DNA of 64,000 nucleotides, from assembly GCA_965261395.1 (NCBI GenBank), contig OZ253462.1:5056001-5120000 (forward strand), written 5' to 3'. The notes beneath the pieces are model-generated. The model saw nothing but the letters and a program-made list of their open reading frames with translations, made no database searches and had not been told where the DNA came from. A program made the position numbers and the translations under genes. Below, one piece after another: positions 20,355 to 30,313 of the stretch (positions are counted from its first letter, which is position 1; each line of letters begins with the position of its first letter). Source of the stretch: Candidatus Latescibacterota bacterium (lineage in GTDB: Bacteria > Latescibacterota > UBA2968 > UBA8231).

Positions 20355-21086
20355 CTACCTATCTACCCGCCGACTAAAACGCTCGCCGAGATAGATCCGC
20401 CGCACCTGCTCGTCGGCAATTAGCTCCTCTGCCGTGCCCGCCGTTAAAATTTTGCCGTCTACTAAGATGTAGGCGCGCGCGGCGATTGCCAAGGTCTCGC
20501 GCACGTTGTGATCGGTAATCAGCACGCCCAAGCCCCGGCCTCTTAGTTCGGCGATGATGTTCTGGATGTCTTCGACCGTGCGCGGATCAATGCCGGCAAA
20601 AGGCTCGTCGAGGAGCATGTAGTGAGGCTCGCAAGCCAAGGCCCGCGCGATCTCAACTCGGCGCGTCTCGCCGCCCGAAAGCGTGTCGGCGCGCTGGTCG
20701 GCGCGCGCTAGCAAGTCCAGCTCGGTCAATAGCTGCCGTTGGCGCGCAACGATGCGCGCCTTGTTGAGCCCCTGCGCCTCCAAGACCGCGCGGATGTTGT
20801 CGGCCACGCTCAGCTTGCGAAAAATGGAGGTCTCCTGCGGCAGGTAGCCAATGCCCATCTGCGCGCGGCGATACATCGGCAGCCCGGTGATGTCCGCACC
20901 GTTGAGCAAGATGCTGCCCCCGTCCGGCGCGGCAAAGCCAACGATGCTGTGAAAGGTCGTGGTCTTGCCCGCGCCATTGGGACCCAACAGACCGACGACC
21001 TCCCCTGGCTCGACGCGAATGCTGACCCCATCGACGACCGCCCGGCCCCCGTAGTGCTTGCTCAATGCGCGCGTTTCCAATGCCAT
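20355..21086 (-). CDS. lptB: LPS export ABC transporter ATPase LptB
   Basis: GPNGAGKTT, YLPQETSIFRKL, LSGGE, LLDEPFAGIDP, ITDHNVRETL; start moved to ATG 21086. Confidence 0.95.
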   Translation of the reverse strand: MALETRALSKHYGGRAVVDGVSIRVEPGEVVGLLGPNGAGKTTTFHSIVGFAAPDGGSILLNGADITGLPMYRRAQMGIGYLPQETSIFRKLSVADNIRAVLEAQGLNKARIVARQRQLLTELDLLARADQRADTLSGGETRRVEIARALACEPHYMLLDEPFAGIDPRTVEDIQNIIAELRGRGLGVLITDHNVRETLAIAARAYILVDGKILTAGTAEELIADEQVRRIYLGERFSRRVDR

Positions 21087-21087
21087 C

Positions 21088-22840
21088 TTACGGCTCTTCC
21101 GCGGGTGGATAGTAACGGCCTTCGATCTCCGGCCCGACTCGCACCTCGGCCAGCGACCCAGCGTCAAAGCGGATATCCAACTCTTCGCCGCTAACCTCGT
21201 TGACGGCAATCTCTTCGTCCTCTTGGAGCCGCGTGACCAACTCGGCCGCGCCCTTCACCAAGGCACGGCGCAATCCCGTCGCGTCAAAGTACAGGGTCAT
21301 CTGCTGCCCGCGAAAGCGATTTATTTCTTCGTTCTCGGCCCGGCGGTGCGTCACGTCGGCTGCGGAACTCACTTCGACCCGTTCCAAATCCCCGTCGGCC
21401 ATAAAGACTTGCCCACCTAGGCCCTCGATCCAGCTATGGCGGTCGCCCACCTCAATTTGGCCGCTCACTTGGCCGGGTATGGCGATCCACTCGACTCGGT
21501 TGTCCGCCAATGCGACGACCATGGAATCGGCCATCAATCGGCTGTGGTAGTCGCGCTCGCCGTCTTGCTCTTCCAACACCACGCCCTCGGCCACCAGCAC
21601 CCGCATGGAATCCGCTTCGTATGCACCGCGCTCGGCCGCAACCTCCAGCCCTTCGGTATGCAGTGCAAAACCACCGGCCCCGACCAACTGTCCCCGCACG
21701 AGATCGAAGCGCAATACAGGGGCGGCGAGTACAAGCTCGTGCTGGCGCAGCGAGGGCGCCCCCCGCACCCACCCAGTCTCCTGCTCCAAGTCAAAAAAGA
21801 GCGAATCGCCGGCCAGTGAGCCATCCAACTCGGGTGCCGTTAGGACAATCGCGCCCTCGGCATAGACTTGGCCATCGCGCAAATAGCGGAGAGTTTGCGC
21901 CGTCAACTCGCGCGCTCCTGCACGCAAGACCGCCCCACCCTGTGCCGTCAGTTCGCGCTTGGAGCGCGAATACGCCAACTGGCGTGCCTCAATCTGCCGC
22001 TCGCCCTGCACAAAGGTCGCTGGCTCCCCGCGGGCCTGCAACAGCTTTGCGCTGCGGTCGTCCTCGACTTCTTCTGCCCGCAGCTCGGCCCCCTCCTCTC
22101 GGTAGCGGACCGCGCCGTGCGCCACTAGCCGCTGCTTTTCTGCATCCACCGAGACCTCGCCGGCCGTAAATTGCGCCAGCGAGTCGGCCCCCTCGACCCC
22201 CCCACTGATATCGAAGCGGCGGGCCTGCGGTAGGAACGTGGCGCGCGGCCCGGTCAATCGTACTCCGTCGTAGCGCACCTCGACGCTATCGTAGGCGATC
22301 TTTTGCACGCCCTCGACGCGGCGGCTTTCCTCGCGCTGGGCGCGCACCTCCACGACCACTCCGTCCCGGCCACGCCAGAGGCCCTCGACGGCTTCCAAGG
22401 ACCACGCATCCACGGCGAAATTGCTCGTGAGATTGCGCCCCCACTCCCGTCCCTCGCGGACCTCCACCCGCAACGCGCCCGGAATGCGCAATTGCTCGTG
22501 CGCGCTTTCCCACAGCAGGGTGTCGGCTTGCACCTCTAGGCTGTCCCCGGCGCGCAAGACTACGCCACCGGCCAAGCCAAAGCGATCTCGCTTATGGTCT
22601 ATAACCAAGCGCTCGGCCCGCAGCGTCGAAACGGCCTCGTCTCCGCGGAACGCGACCTCTACGCCGCCGGTGGCGATGACCTGCTCGGACTTAGAAAATT
22701 CGCGCAAATAAGCGGCGCGGATCTGGATGCGGTGGCCGGGGCGTCCCATCTCGATGTGCGCGTCCCATGCTTCCCCATCGACCTCGGGAATCTGCAGCGG
22801 CTCTTCGGGCACTTCTCCCGCGCCGCAGGCCCAGAGCATG
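21088..22840 (-). CDS. Long LptC/LptA (OstA-like beta-jellyroll) protein; start uncertain
   Basis: About 580 aa of repeated beta-strand units (LRAERL, VQADTLLW, IEARQL, LAGDSL, LMADSM, FRGQQM); LWAC lipobox-like motif; directly upstream of lptB. Confidence 0.7.
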
Positions 22841-22860
22841 GCCCCGCAGCAACCAGCGCG

Positions 22861-22892
22861 AAAAAGCCGCGCTCCCCTTGGGAAAGCGCGGC
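22861..22892 (-). terminator. Intrinsic terminator-like hairpin after pyrG
   Basis: GCCGCGCT-ttcccaagggg-AGCGCGGC followed by TTTTT on the minus strand. Confidence 0.6.
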
Positions 22893-22921
22893 CCTCTGAG
22901 ACAATTGTCCCGCCCACCGAA

Positions 22922-24709
22922 CTAGGAGGCCGCCGCCTGCCGCTCCTCATGGCTTGCGACCTCCTGCTGGTAGGCCAGCGCGGCCTCGACAAACCCGGCA
23001 AACAAGGGTGAGGGATTGTCCATCCGCGACTTGAACTCGGGATGGGCTTGGGTGGCGATGAAGAAGCGGTGATCCGGCAACTCGATAAACTCCATCAAGC
23101 GGGTGCCGTCCACGCGGCGATGATACCCCGAAAAGACCAGCCCCTCCTCTTCGAGCAGCTCGACGAAGCGGGGTGAGACCTCGTAGCGATGGCGGTGGCG
23201 CTCTAGGGCGACTTTGTCGCGTTCCAGCATGACCAAGCCAACGCGGAACGCCTGGTCGGGCTTGGCCAGCAGTTGTTCTATGCGAAGAGCATCTTCGTCG
23301 AGGCGGCCTGTCGCCTCGTAAACCTGGAGGACACGGCTGTCGTTTTTGAACACCGCGGCGTACGCGCCCAAGCGCATGCTGCCGCCGTAGCGGTTTTGCT
23401 CTAGCGCGCTCTTCTGCGCCTCTTGGACGCAGATGACCTGCCACTCGGAATCCGCGTCGAACTCTTCGGAGGTGGCCCCGGCGATCCCGGCGACATTGCG
23501 GGCGTATTCGATCACGGCAAGCTGCAAGCCGTAGCACAGGCCCAAATAGGGAATGTTGTGCTCGCGGGCGTAGCGAATGGCCGCAATCACGCCTTCGGCC
23601 CCTCCCGCGCCAAAGGCCCCGGGGACGATAATGCCGTCGAAGGCGTCGAGTTCTGACAGCTCCATTTCGCCGCGCTCAAACTGGTGGCCGTCAATCCAGG
23701 TGATCTCGACCCGCGCATCCGATGCCACGCCAGCGTGTATCAGCGACTGGTTGACCGAGATATACGAGTCCGTGAGCTGAAAGTCGCCCGTGACCACGTA
23801 TTTGCCGACCATGGCCACGCGGACGCACCGGCTCGGATGCCGGCTGCGTTTGACTAACTCCCGCCAAGGCCGCCAGTCCGGGGTCTTCTTGGGCGCGCAG
23901 CCGAGCCGGCTGAGGATCTTCTCGCCGAGTCCCTCTTCTTCCAAAACCAGCGGAATGTTGTAGATCGTCTCCGAGTCCGGGGCCGAAATGATGTGGTCGT
24001 TGGGTACGTTGGCACCGATCTGGATCTTTTTCTTGCGCACCTCGTCGGTGGCCGTCTCGGCGCGACAGACGATGAAATCGGGAAAAATGCCGTGTTCGCT
24101 GAGCATGCGAATGGCCTGCTGCGTGGGCTTGGTCTTCATCTCGCCGACGTGCGGCGGTATGGGAAGATAGGTAATCAGCGCGTACGCAAAGTGCTCCTTG
24201 CCCAAGTCGCGCTCCAAGGTCTTCATGGCGAAGAGGAACGGCTCGTTCTCATAGTCGCCGACAATGCCACCGATCTCGACCAGCACGATGTCGTAGCCCG
24301 CGCCCGCCTCCTGCAAGCGACGGGTGATCTCATCCGTAATGTGGGGGATCGGCTGCACGGTCTCGCCGAGGTACTCGCCGCGGCGCTCGCGCTCGATGAC
24401 CGTGAGGTAAATCTGCCCGGTAGTCAGGTTGTTGGAGCGCGGCAAATCCAACCCCAAGAAGCGCTCGTAATTGCCCAAATCCTGATCTATTTCGCCGCCG
24501 TCGTCCGTCACCCATACCTCGCCGTGCTCGGTGGGCCGCATGGTGCCGGCGTCGTAGTTTATATACGGATCAATCTTGACGGCTGTGGTGCTGTAGCCGT
24601 ATTGCTGCAGGATCTTGCCCATGGAAGCTGTGGTCAAGCCCTTGCCCACACCGCTTATCACGCCGCCGGTCACGACGACGTATTTGGGGCCTTTGTATTC
24701 TCTGGCCAC
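22922..24709 (-). CDS. pyrG: CTP synthase
   Basis: TGGVISGVGKG, KIDPYIN, HGEV, KTKPTQ, GLCYG (catalytic Cys), RHRHRYEV, QAHPEF. Confidence 0.97.
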   Translation of the reverse strand: MAREYKGPKYVVVTGGVISGVGKGLTTASMGKILQQYGYSTTAVKIDPYINYDAGTMRPTEHGEVWVTDDGGEIDQDLGNYERFLGLDLPRSNNLTTGQIYLTVIERERRGEYLGETVQPIPHITDEITRRLQEAGAGYDIVLVEIGGIVGDYENEPFLFAMKTLERDLGKEHFAYALITYLPIPPHVGEMKTKPTQQAIRMLSEHGIFPDFIVCRAETATDEVRKKKIQIGANVPNDHIISAPDSETIYNIPLVLEEEGLGEKILSRLGCAPKKTPDWRPWRELVKRSRHPSRCVRVAMVGKYVVTGDFQLTDSYISVNQSLIHAGVASDARVEITWIDGHQFERGEMELSELDAFDGIIVPGAFGAGGAEGVIAAIRYAREHNIPYLGLCYGLQLAVIEYARNVAGIAGATSEEFDADSEWQVICVQEAQKSALEQNRYGGSMRLGAYAAVFKNDSRVLQVYEATGRLDEDALRIEQLLAKPDQAFRVGLVMLERDKVALERHRHRYEVSPRFVELLEEEGLVFSGYHRRVDGTRLMEFIELPDHRFFIATQAHPEFKSRMDNPSPLFAGFVEAALAYQQEVASHEERQAAAS

Positions 24710-24733
24710 GTTGCGCGCTCCTCCGTGCTACCC

Positions 24734-24771
24734 AAAAAAAGAAGCGGAGACAGGGCCCTGTCTCCGCTTCT
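24734..24771 (-). terminator. Perfect 32-bp palindrome plus T-run between gatC and pyrG
   Basis: AGAAGCGGAGACAGGG/CCCTGTCTCCGCTTCT (24740-24771), running into a T7 tract on the minus strand. Confidence 0.75.
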
Positions 24772-24775
24772 CTAT

Positions 24776-25063
24776 TCACTCGATAATTCTCGGAACCTTG
24801 AAGTAACCCTCCTGGCGCTGCGGAGCCGCCGCTGCAATCTCGGCCGTCGCGGGAAAGGGCGTTGCCTCGTCGCGACGAAACGCGTTGGCGAGGGGCAGTA
24901 CGTGAGACGTTGGCTCTACGCCAGTGGTGTCTAGCTCGTTGAGCTTGTCCATGTAGCGCAAGATGCGGTTGAGTTCCTCCACCAGCCTTTCCTCCTCTGC
25001 GGGCGAAAAGCGCAACCGAGCCAACTCGGCGACCCCGTGGACCTCTGCTGTAGTAACCGCCAT
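24776..25063 (-). CDS. gatC: Asp-tRNA(Asn)/Glu-tRNA(Gln) amidotransferase subunit C
   Basis: VAELARL, LNELDTTGVEPTSH, YFKVPRII. Confidence 0.93.
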   Translation of the reverse strand: MAVTTAEVHGVAELARLRFSPAEEERLVEELNRILRYMDKLNELDTTGVEPTSHVLPLANAFRRDEATPFPATAEIAAAAPQRQEGYFKVPRIIE

Positions 25064-25172
25064 AGGTGAACTTTGAACTTAGCTCAAAAAAAGACGGGGC
25101 TGGCTGCGCCGACCCCTTCCTCTTCGCAAAACAGTGTTAAATATCACGCATCGCCAAAGGTAGCGCAAGGGC

Positions 25173-25201
25173 TTGTAGCGCGGCACCTCAATGCCTATAC
25201 T
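25173..25201 (+). promoter_or_regulatory. Sigma-70-type promoter
   Basis: TTGTAG-N17-TATACT, 42 nt upstream of ATG 25244. Confidence 0.55.
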
Positions 25202-25243
25202 TTGCCGCACGGCAAGCAAAAGACTCTCATCCCATAAAGTCCC

Positions 25244-25732
25244 ATGACGCGCAAGGCATTTACCATCGAAGAGGCCAACGCTACACTGCCTCAGCTAGAG
25301 GACGCTCTCCAGCGCATCGAGGTCAAGAAGGGAGCCGCCCGCTACCACGACCAACAGTTGCAAATTCTCGACGCGCTCTGGGGCCAAGCGGTCGCTCGCA
25401 GCACCAACCCCGATCGCGATGCCTTCGACCAGCACCGCCAGCGCATCAACGACCTAATCATCGACATCAAGCACATCGTCGCCGAGGAAATTATCGCCGA
25501 GGGCATCCGCTTCCCGGTCGGCGGCCTCGAACGCGGCCTCCTCGACTTCCCCACGACCTACCAAGGCCGCTGGGTGCTGTTGTGCTGGCAGCGCAGCGAA
25601 CACCAAGTCGCCTATTGGCACGAACTGAACACCGGATACGCAGGTCGCCAAGAGATCACCGCCGAGCACATCATCGCCATGGGCAAGGAAGACGACCCCG
25701 CCACGGTCGATGACTCGGCACTGGACTTCTGA
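25244..25732 (+). CDS. DUF2203 family protein
   Basis: FTIEEANATLP, GLLDFP, LCWQRSE, YWHELNTGYAGRQ. Confidence 0.85.
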   Translation: MTRKAFTIEEANATLPQLEDALQRIEVKKGAARYHDQQLQILDALWGQAVARSTNPDRDAFDQHRQRINDLIIDIKHIVAEEIIAEGIRFPVGGLERGLLDFPTTYQGRWVLLCWQRSEHQVAYWHELNTGYAGRQEITAEHIIAMGKEDDPATVDDSALDF

Positions 25733-25882
25733 TAGCGGCAATTGCCTTGACAGCGTTTCTCGTTTTTGAGTACTTAAAGGATGGCCTTCCCCTAGGCCAT
25801 CGCCTGCTCCCCTAGCATCGCCCGCCCCTCACCTTCTCCCCAGCGGAGCGCCCCCTCCCCAGCGCCCGGCAGGAGCTAGACC

Positions 25883-28800
25883 GTGCGCCTCAATCAACTC
25901 GAAATTTTCGGTTTTAAGTCCTTCGCCCAAAAGATCGTCATTCCCTTTGAGCCGGGCATTACGGCCATCGTCGGCCCCAACGGCTGCGGCAAGTCCAACG
26001 TGGTAGAGGCTATCCGCTGGGTCTTGGGCGAACAGCGCGCTGGCACGTTCCGCAGCCAGCGCATGGAGGACGTGATCTTTGCTGGCACCCGCCAGCGCAA
26101 GGCCCTCGGGATAGCCGAAGTCGCGCTGTCGATTGACAACCGCGATAACGCGCTGTCCGTCGAATTTGCCGAGGTCGTGCTGACCCGGCGTCTCTTCCGC
26201 TCCGGCGAAAGCGATTATCTCCTCAACAAAATCCCCTGCCGCCTCTTGGACATCACTAATCTGCTCATGGATACCGGCCTCGGCCAAGGCACTTATGCGG
26301 TGATGGAGCAGGGTATGGTCGATGAAATCATCAGCGATAAGACCGAAAACCGCCGCCGCATCCTCGAAGAGGCCGCCGGCATCACCAAGTACAAAGTTCG
26401 GCGGCGCTCCACGAGGAACCGCCTAGAGGCCACCCAAGCCGATCTCCAGCGGATTGAAGACATCATCGCCGAGGTCAAACGCCAAGTTGACCATCTCGGC
26501 CGCCAAGTGGGTCGGGCGCGCCGCTACCGCGAACTCAAAGAAGAGTTGGACCAACTCGAAGTGCGCTTGGGGCGCCAGCGCTTCTTCTCCCTAAGTACCC
26601 AAATCTCCCCGCAGCAAGACGAATTCGCAGCACTCAGCAAGGCGGCCGAAGAAGGCTATACCCGCTTCACCAGCCGCGAGGCCGAGCTAGAAAAGGCGCG
26701 CCTCGCGCTGACTGAGGCCGAGAAGGCTATGCAGGAGGCGGGCCTTGAACTCAATCGCCGCATTGAGGCCATCCACGAGCGGGAACAGCTCCTCGTAGCC
26801 GTCCGTGAGCGTCGCGACGCCGCCGAACAAATCCGCGAGCGCACGGCCCGCGAGCGCGCGGATTACAGCAATCAGCTCGAAGCTGTGCAGCAGCAGCGCC
26901 GCGACAATGCCGCGCATCTCGACGAAGCGCGCACGGCCTTTGTGCACATAGAGCGAGAATTGCAGGTTCACCAGCAGCGTGCCGCCCAAGCCGAAGAGGA
27001 ATATGCCAGCTACCGAGCGGAGCTGGACCAACGCCAGCGCGGGCGCATGGAACACCTGCGCCAAGGAGGCGAAATAAGCCGAGCGCTCGAGCGCCAACAG
27101 GCCGAGCGCGACGCCCTCGACGAGCGCGCGGTTGCCATGCGCAGCGAAGAGGAGACAGCCGCGGCCGAGCGCGATCAAGCCCTGCAAGCGGCCGCCGCAG
27201 CCGAAGTCGCCCTCGCGGAAACTCGGCAGCAGCTATCCACTTGCCAGCAACAGCGCGCCGCAGCCCTCGCCGCCCGCGACCAAACCGGGAAAGACCTCCG
27301 CGACCTCGGCGAACAACGCGATGCGGCCCGGCGTGCCGCTGAGGCCAACCAAGCGCGGCTCCAAGTCCTCGAAAAAGTCCGCGCCGGCTACCAAGGCTAT
27401 CAAAGCGGAGTCCGCACCCTGATGCTCGAATCGCCCCACGCCGCCCTCTTCCGCGGCGTACTCGGCGACCTAGTCGAAGTCGAAGCAGAATGCGCCCGCG
27501 CGGTCGAGGTCGCCCTCGGCGAGTCGCTCCAAGCATTGATCGCCCACTCGGATAACGGCTTGCTCAAAGGCATTGCCCATCTCCGGGAGCGGTCCGGGCG
27601 CGTCGGCATTCTCTCGCTAGAGGCCCCCCCTCGCACCCTCGGCCCGCTCTTGGACCCAGATCCCATGCCCGGGCTGCGTGGCCCGCTCTTGGATTACGTG
27701 CGGCCCGAAGCCTCCATCGCCCCCCTGATCGCCGGCCTCTTGCACAACACCTTTCTAGTGGACGACCTGCAAACCGCATTGGCCCTGACGCGCCGCTATC
27801 CGAGCGCCTACGTGCGCTGTGTCACGGCCGATGGCGACGCCGTCGATCTCTTTGGCCTCGCATCGGGCGGCCAGAGCCAAGCCGAGGATTCGGGCGTCCT
27901 CGGCCGCGGGCGGGAAATCCGCACCCTGCGCTCGCTCGTCGCCCACCAAAACGCTCGCTACGCAGCCCTCATCCCCCGACTCGACGCACTCGCAGAGCAA
28001 CTCGACGCGCTCACGCAACGCCTAGAAAACCTAGCTGCCGAGAGCGAAACTTGGCGCGCCAAGGAGCGCGAGCTGGTCCACCAGCACCAGCGTGCACGCG
28101 CTGACGCCGAGCGGCTCACAGCGCGCCTAACGCAACTCCACAGCGAAAGCACCAGCTTGGCCAAGCGCCGCCAAGCCCTCGACCAAAGCATCGCCGAACA
28201 AGCCGAGCACCTGCGCCACAACGAGACCGAGAGCACCCGCCTCAGCGAGGAAAGCAGCGCCTTGGAAGAGGATCTCAAACAGAGCGAAACCCGCCGGCGC
28301 GAGCGGCGCGAAGCACTAGGCACCCTCCAAGTGGAGCACGCCCGCACCGCCGAAATAGTCCAAGGGCTAGACCGCGACGCCAACCGCCTAAAAAACATCG
28401 ACGCCAACCTGCACAATAACATCGAGCGCCTAGAAGCTGAAGGGACCGAGGCCGAGCGCCAGCAGGCCGAGTGCAGTGCGCGCAGCACCGCCTTGACAGA
28501 CGAGCTCAAGGGGCTGCACCAAGGCCGCGAGACCTTGGTCGCGGAGCAAGACCAGCGCCGTCAGCACTGGGCCGCAGCCAATACCCAAAACCGCGAGTTG
28601 CAGGAAAACATTAGCCACTTGCAGCGACAGCTCAACGACCAGCGCGAGCGCCGCACGAGCCTCGAAGTGCGCATCTCCGAGCTGCAGCTACAGACCCAGC
28701 ACATTCGCACGCGCTTGCAGGAGGAGCATCACTGCGATGTCGAGACCATGGGGCCCCTCGACGAACCTATCGACGAGGAAGCTGTGCAACAGCGCATTGA

Positions 28801-29446
28801 TCAACTGCGTCAGTCCCTACATCGCTTGGGCTCGGTACACCTAGGTGTATTGGAAGAACACCAGGAACAAAAGGAGCGCTACGACTTTCTCCGCCAACAG
28901 CGCGACGATCTAGTGATCGCCGCCGAGGATCTGAAGAAAACCCTCGGCCTGATTGACCGCACGGCGCGGCGGATGTTCCTCAAGTCCTTCGAGCAGATCC
29001 GCGAGAAGTTCAAAGGTACCTTTACCCGTTTCTTCCCCGGGGGCGAAGCCGATCTCCGCCTCGAGGAAAACATCGACGCTCTAGAGGCCCACATCGACAT
29101 CATCGCCCGCCCCCGTGGCAAGCGCCTGCAAAACATTGCCCTGCTGTCGGGCGGCGAGCGGGCGCTGACGGCCATCTCCCTGCTCTTTGCCATCTACCAA
29201 GTCAAGCCCAGCCCGTTCTGCATCCTCGACGAGGTCGATGCCCCGCTCGACGACGCCAACATCAACCGCTTCGTGCGCGTGCTCAAGGAATTTGCCAGAG
29301 AGACGCAATTCGTCGTCGTGACGCACAACAAGATCACCATGGCGGCGGCCGACGCTCTGCACGGCGTCACCATGCCCGAGGAAGGGGTTTCTCAGCTCGT
29401 TTCGGTGCGGGTCGAGGGCGAGGAATTAGAAGCCGCGGCGGGCTAG
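25883..29446 (+). CDS. smc: Chromosome segregation protein SMC
   Basis: GFKSF, GPNGCGKSN, coiled coils around a hinge, LSGGE, ILDEVDAPLD, VTHN; 1187 aa. Confidence 0.97.
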   Translation: MRLNQLEIFGFKSFAQKIVIPFEPGITAIVGPNGCGKSNVVEAIRWVLGEQRAGTFRSQRMEDVIFAGTRQRKALGIAEVALSIDNRDNALSVEFAEVVLTRRLFRSGESDYLLNKIPCRLLDITNLLMDTGLGQGTYAVMEQGMVDEIISDKTENRRRILEEAAGITKYKVRRRSTRNRLEATQADLQRIEDIIAEVKRQVDHLGRQVGRARRYRELKEELDQLEVRLGRQRFFSLSTQISPQQDEFAALSKAAEEGYTRFTSREAELEKARLALTEAEKAMQEAGLELNRRIEAIHEREQLLVAVRERRDAAEQIRERTARERADYSNQLEAVQQQRRDNAAHLDEARTAFVHIERELQVHQQRAAQAEEEYASYRAELDQRQRGRMEHLRQGGEISRALERQQAERDALDERAVAMRSEEETAAAERDQALQAAAAAEVALAETRQQLSTCQQQRAAALAARDQTGKDLRDLGEQRDAARRAAEANQARLQVLEKVRAGYQGYQSGVRTLMLESPHAALFRGVLGDLVEVEAECARAVEVALGESLQALIAHSDNGLLKGIAHLRERSGRVGILSLEAPPRTLGPLLDPDPMPGLRGPLLDYVRPEASIAPLIAGLLHNTFLVDDLQTALALTRRYPSAYVRCVTADGDAVDLFGLASGGQSQAEDSGVLGRGREIRTLRSLVAHQNARYAALIPRLDALAEQLDALTQRLENLAAESETWRAKERELVHQHQRARADAERLTARLTQLHSESTSLAKRRQALDQSIAEQAEHLRHNETESTRLSEESSALEEDLKQSETRRRERREALGTLQVEHARTAEIVQGLDRDANRLKNIDANLHNNIERLEAEGTEAERQQAECSARSTALTDELKGLHQGRETLVAEQDQRRQHWAAANTQNRELQENISHLQRQLNDQRERRTSLEVRISELQLQTQHIRTRLQEEHHCDVETMGPLDEPIDEEAVQQRIDQLRQSLHRLGSVHLGVLEEHQEQKERYDFLRQQRDDLVIAAEDLKKTLGLIDRTARRMFLKSFEQIREKFKGTFTRFFPGGEADLRLEENIDALEAHIDIIARPRGKRLQNIALLSGGERALTAISLLFAIYQVKPSPFCILDEVDAPLDDANINRFVRVLKEFARETQFVVVTHNKITMAAADALHGVTMPEEGVSQLVSVRVEGEELEAAAG

Positions 29447-29447
29447 C

Positions 29448-30311
29448 TCAATCCCGCCACAGCGACTCGTCGAGCGCGTAGGGATTTTCGGCAATCAATA
29501 AGCGCGCGCGTGCAGCGGTCCTTGCATCGTCCCCGTTGAGGGCCGTCCGCACGATTTGGGGATGCCTCTGGAGAAAGGCACGCATGGCTGCGTGCGGATC
29601 GCGGCGATAATGGGTGAGCAAGGCATGGCGCGCTTCGTCGATCTGCCCCATCGCGCGCAGGCGGTCAAATAGAGCGTCGTCAATCCGCATGAGCGCCCCG
29701 GCCGCAAGGCCCTGTTTTGCGAGTATCTCAAGGCCGCCTTGGCCTCGGTCGATGACATTGGCTGCATACGCTATCCGCCCCCCGCCTGCGGCCACGGCCG
29801 GGATCCAATCGCGCACGTAACTCGACGCCTCGGTCACCAAGTCGGCCACATGCAGCACGTCCATGTCGTTTGCCCGTGGTGTTCGCAGCCTTTGGCCATC
29901 CAACACCACGGTGCGGCCATCCTTGTAAATCAATAGCGACGGCTTCCCCAATCGCTCGGCTACGGTGAGAGAAAAGAACCAGTCTCGGCGCTCGCCACCG
30001 GATACGCCGTTAAAGTGCGCGCCGCTTTCTCGCGCCAGCGCGACCAACCCATCGACAATTTGGCGATACACGGCATTTCCCGCGTATTGCTGCTCCACGC
30101 GCTCCTGCAAGCGCTGCGGAAAGTCCGCGTCCTCTTTGTGCTCGTCAATGAAGGCGAGTACCTGCTGTGCCTGCTCCGACCCTCCATAGAGGTATTCGGT
30201 ATTAATGTAATAGGGGCCTACCGTGCCCGAGGTGTACCAAAACACCTCGCCCGGTGGGGCAAGACGCAACGCTTGCGTATCTAAGAGAGCCGCTATAAGG
30301 TCAAAGGTCAT
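29448..30311 (-). CDS. Orotate phosphoribosyltransferase-like type I PRTase
   Basis: FWYTSGTVGPYYIN, SGGERRDWFFS, PRPP-loop-like HVADLVTEASS, IDRGQGG. Confidence 0.7.
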   Translation of the reverse strand: MTFDLIAALLDTQALRLAPPGEVFWYTSGTVGPYYINTEYLYGGSEQAQQVLAFIDEHKEDADFPQRLQERVEQQYAGNAVYRQIVDGLVALARESGAHFNGVSGGERRDWFFSLTVAERLGKPSLLIYKDGRTVVLDGQRLRTPRANDMDVLHVADLVTEASSYVRDWIPAVAAGGGRIAYAANVIDRGQGGLEILAKQGLAAGALMRIDDALFDRLRAMGQIDEARHALLTHYRRDPHAAMRAFLQRHPQIVRTALNGDDARTAARARLLIAENPYALDESLWRD

Positions 30312-30313
30312 TT

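Noticed and set aside
25747-25776. smc promoter (TTGACA present)
   Set aside because: No well-formed -10 hexamer at 16-18 nt spacing, so it was not called.
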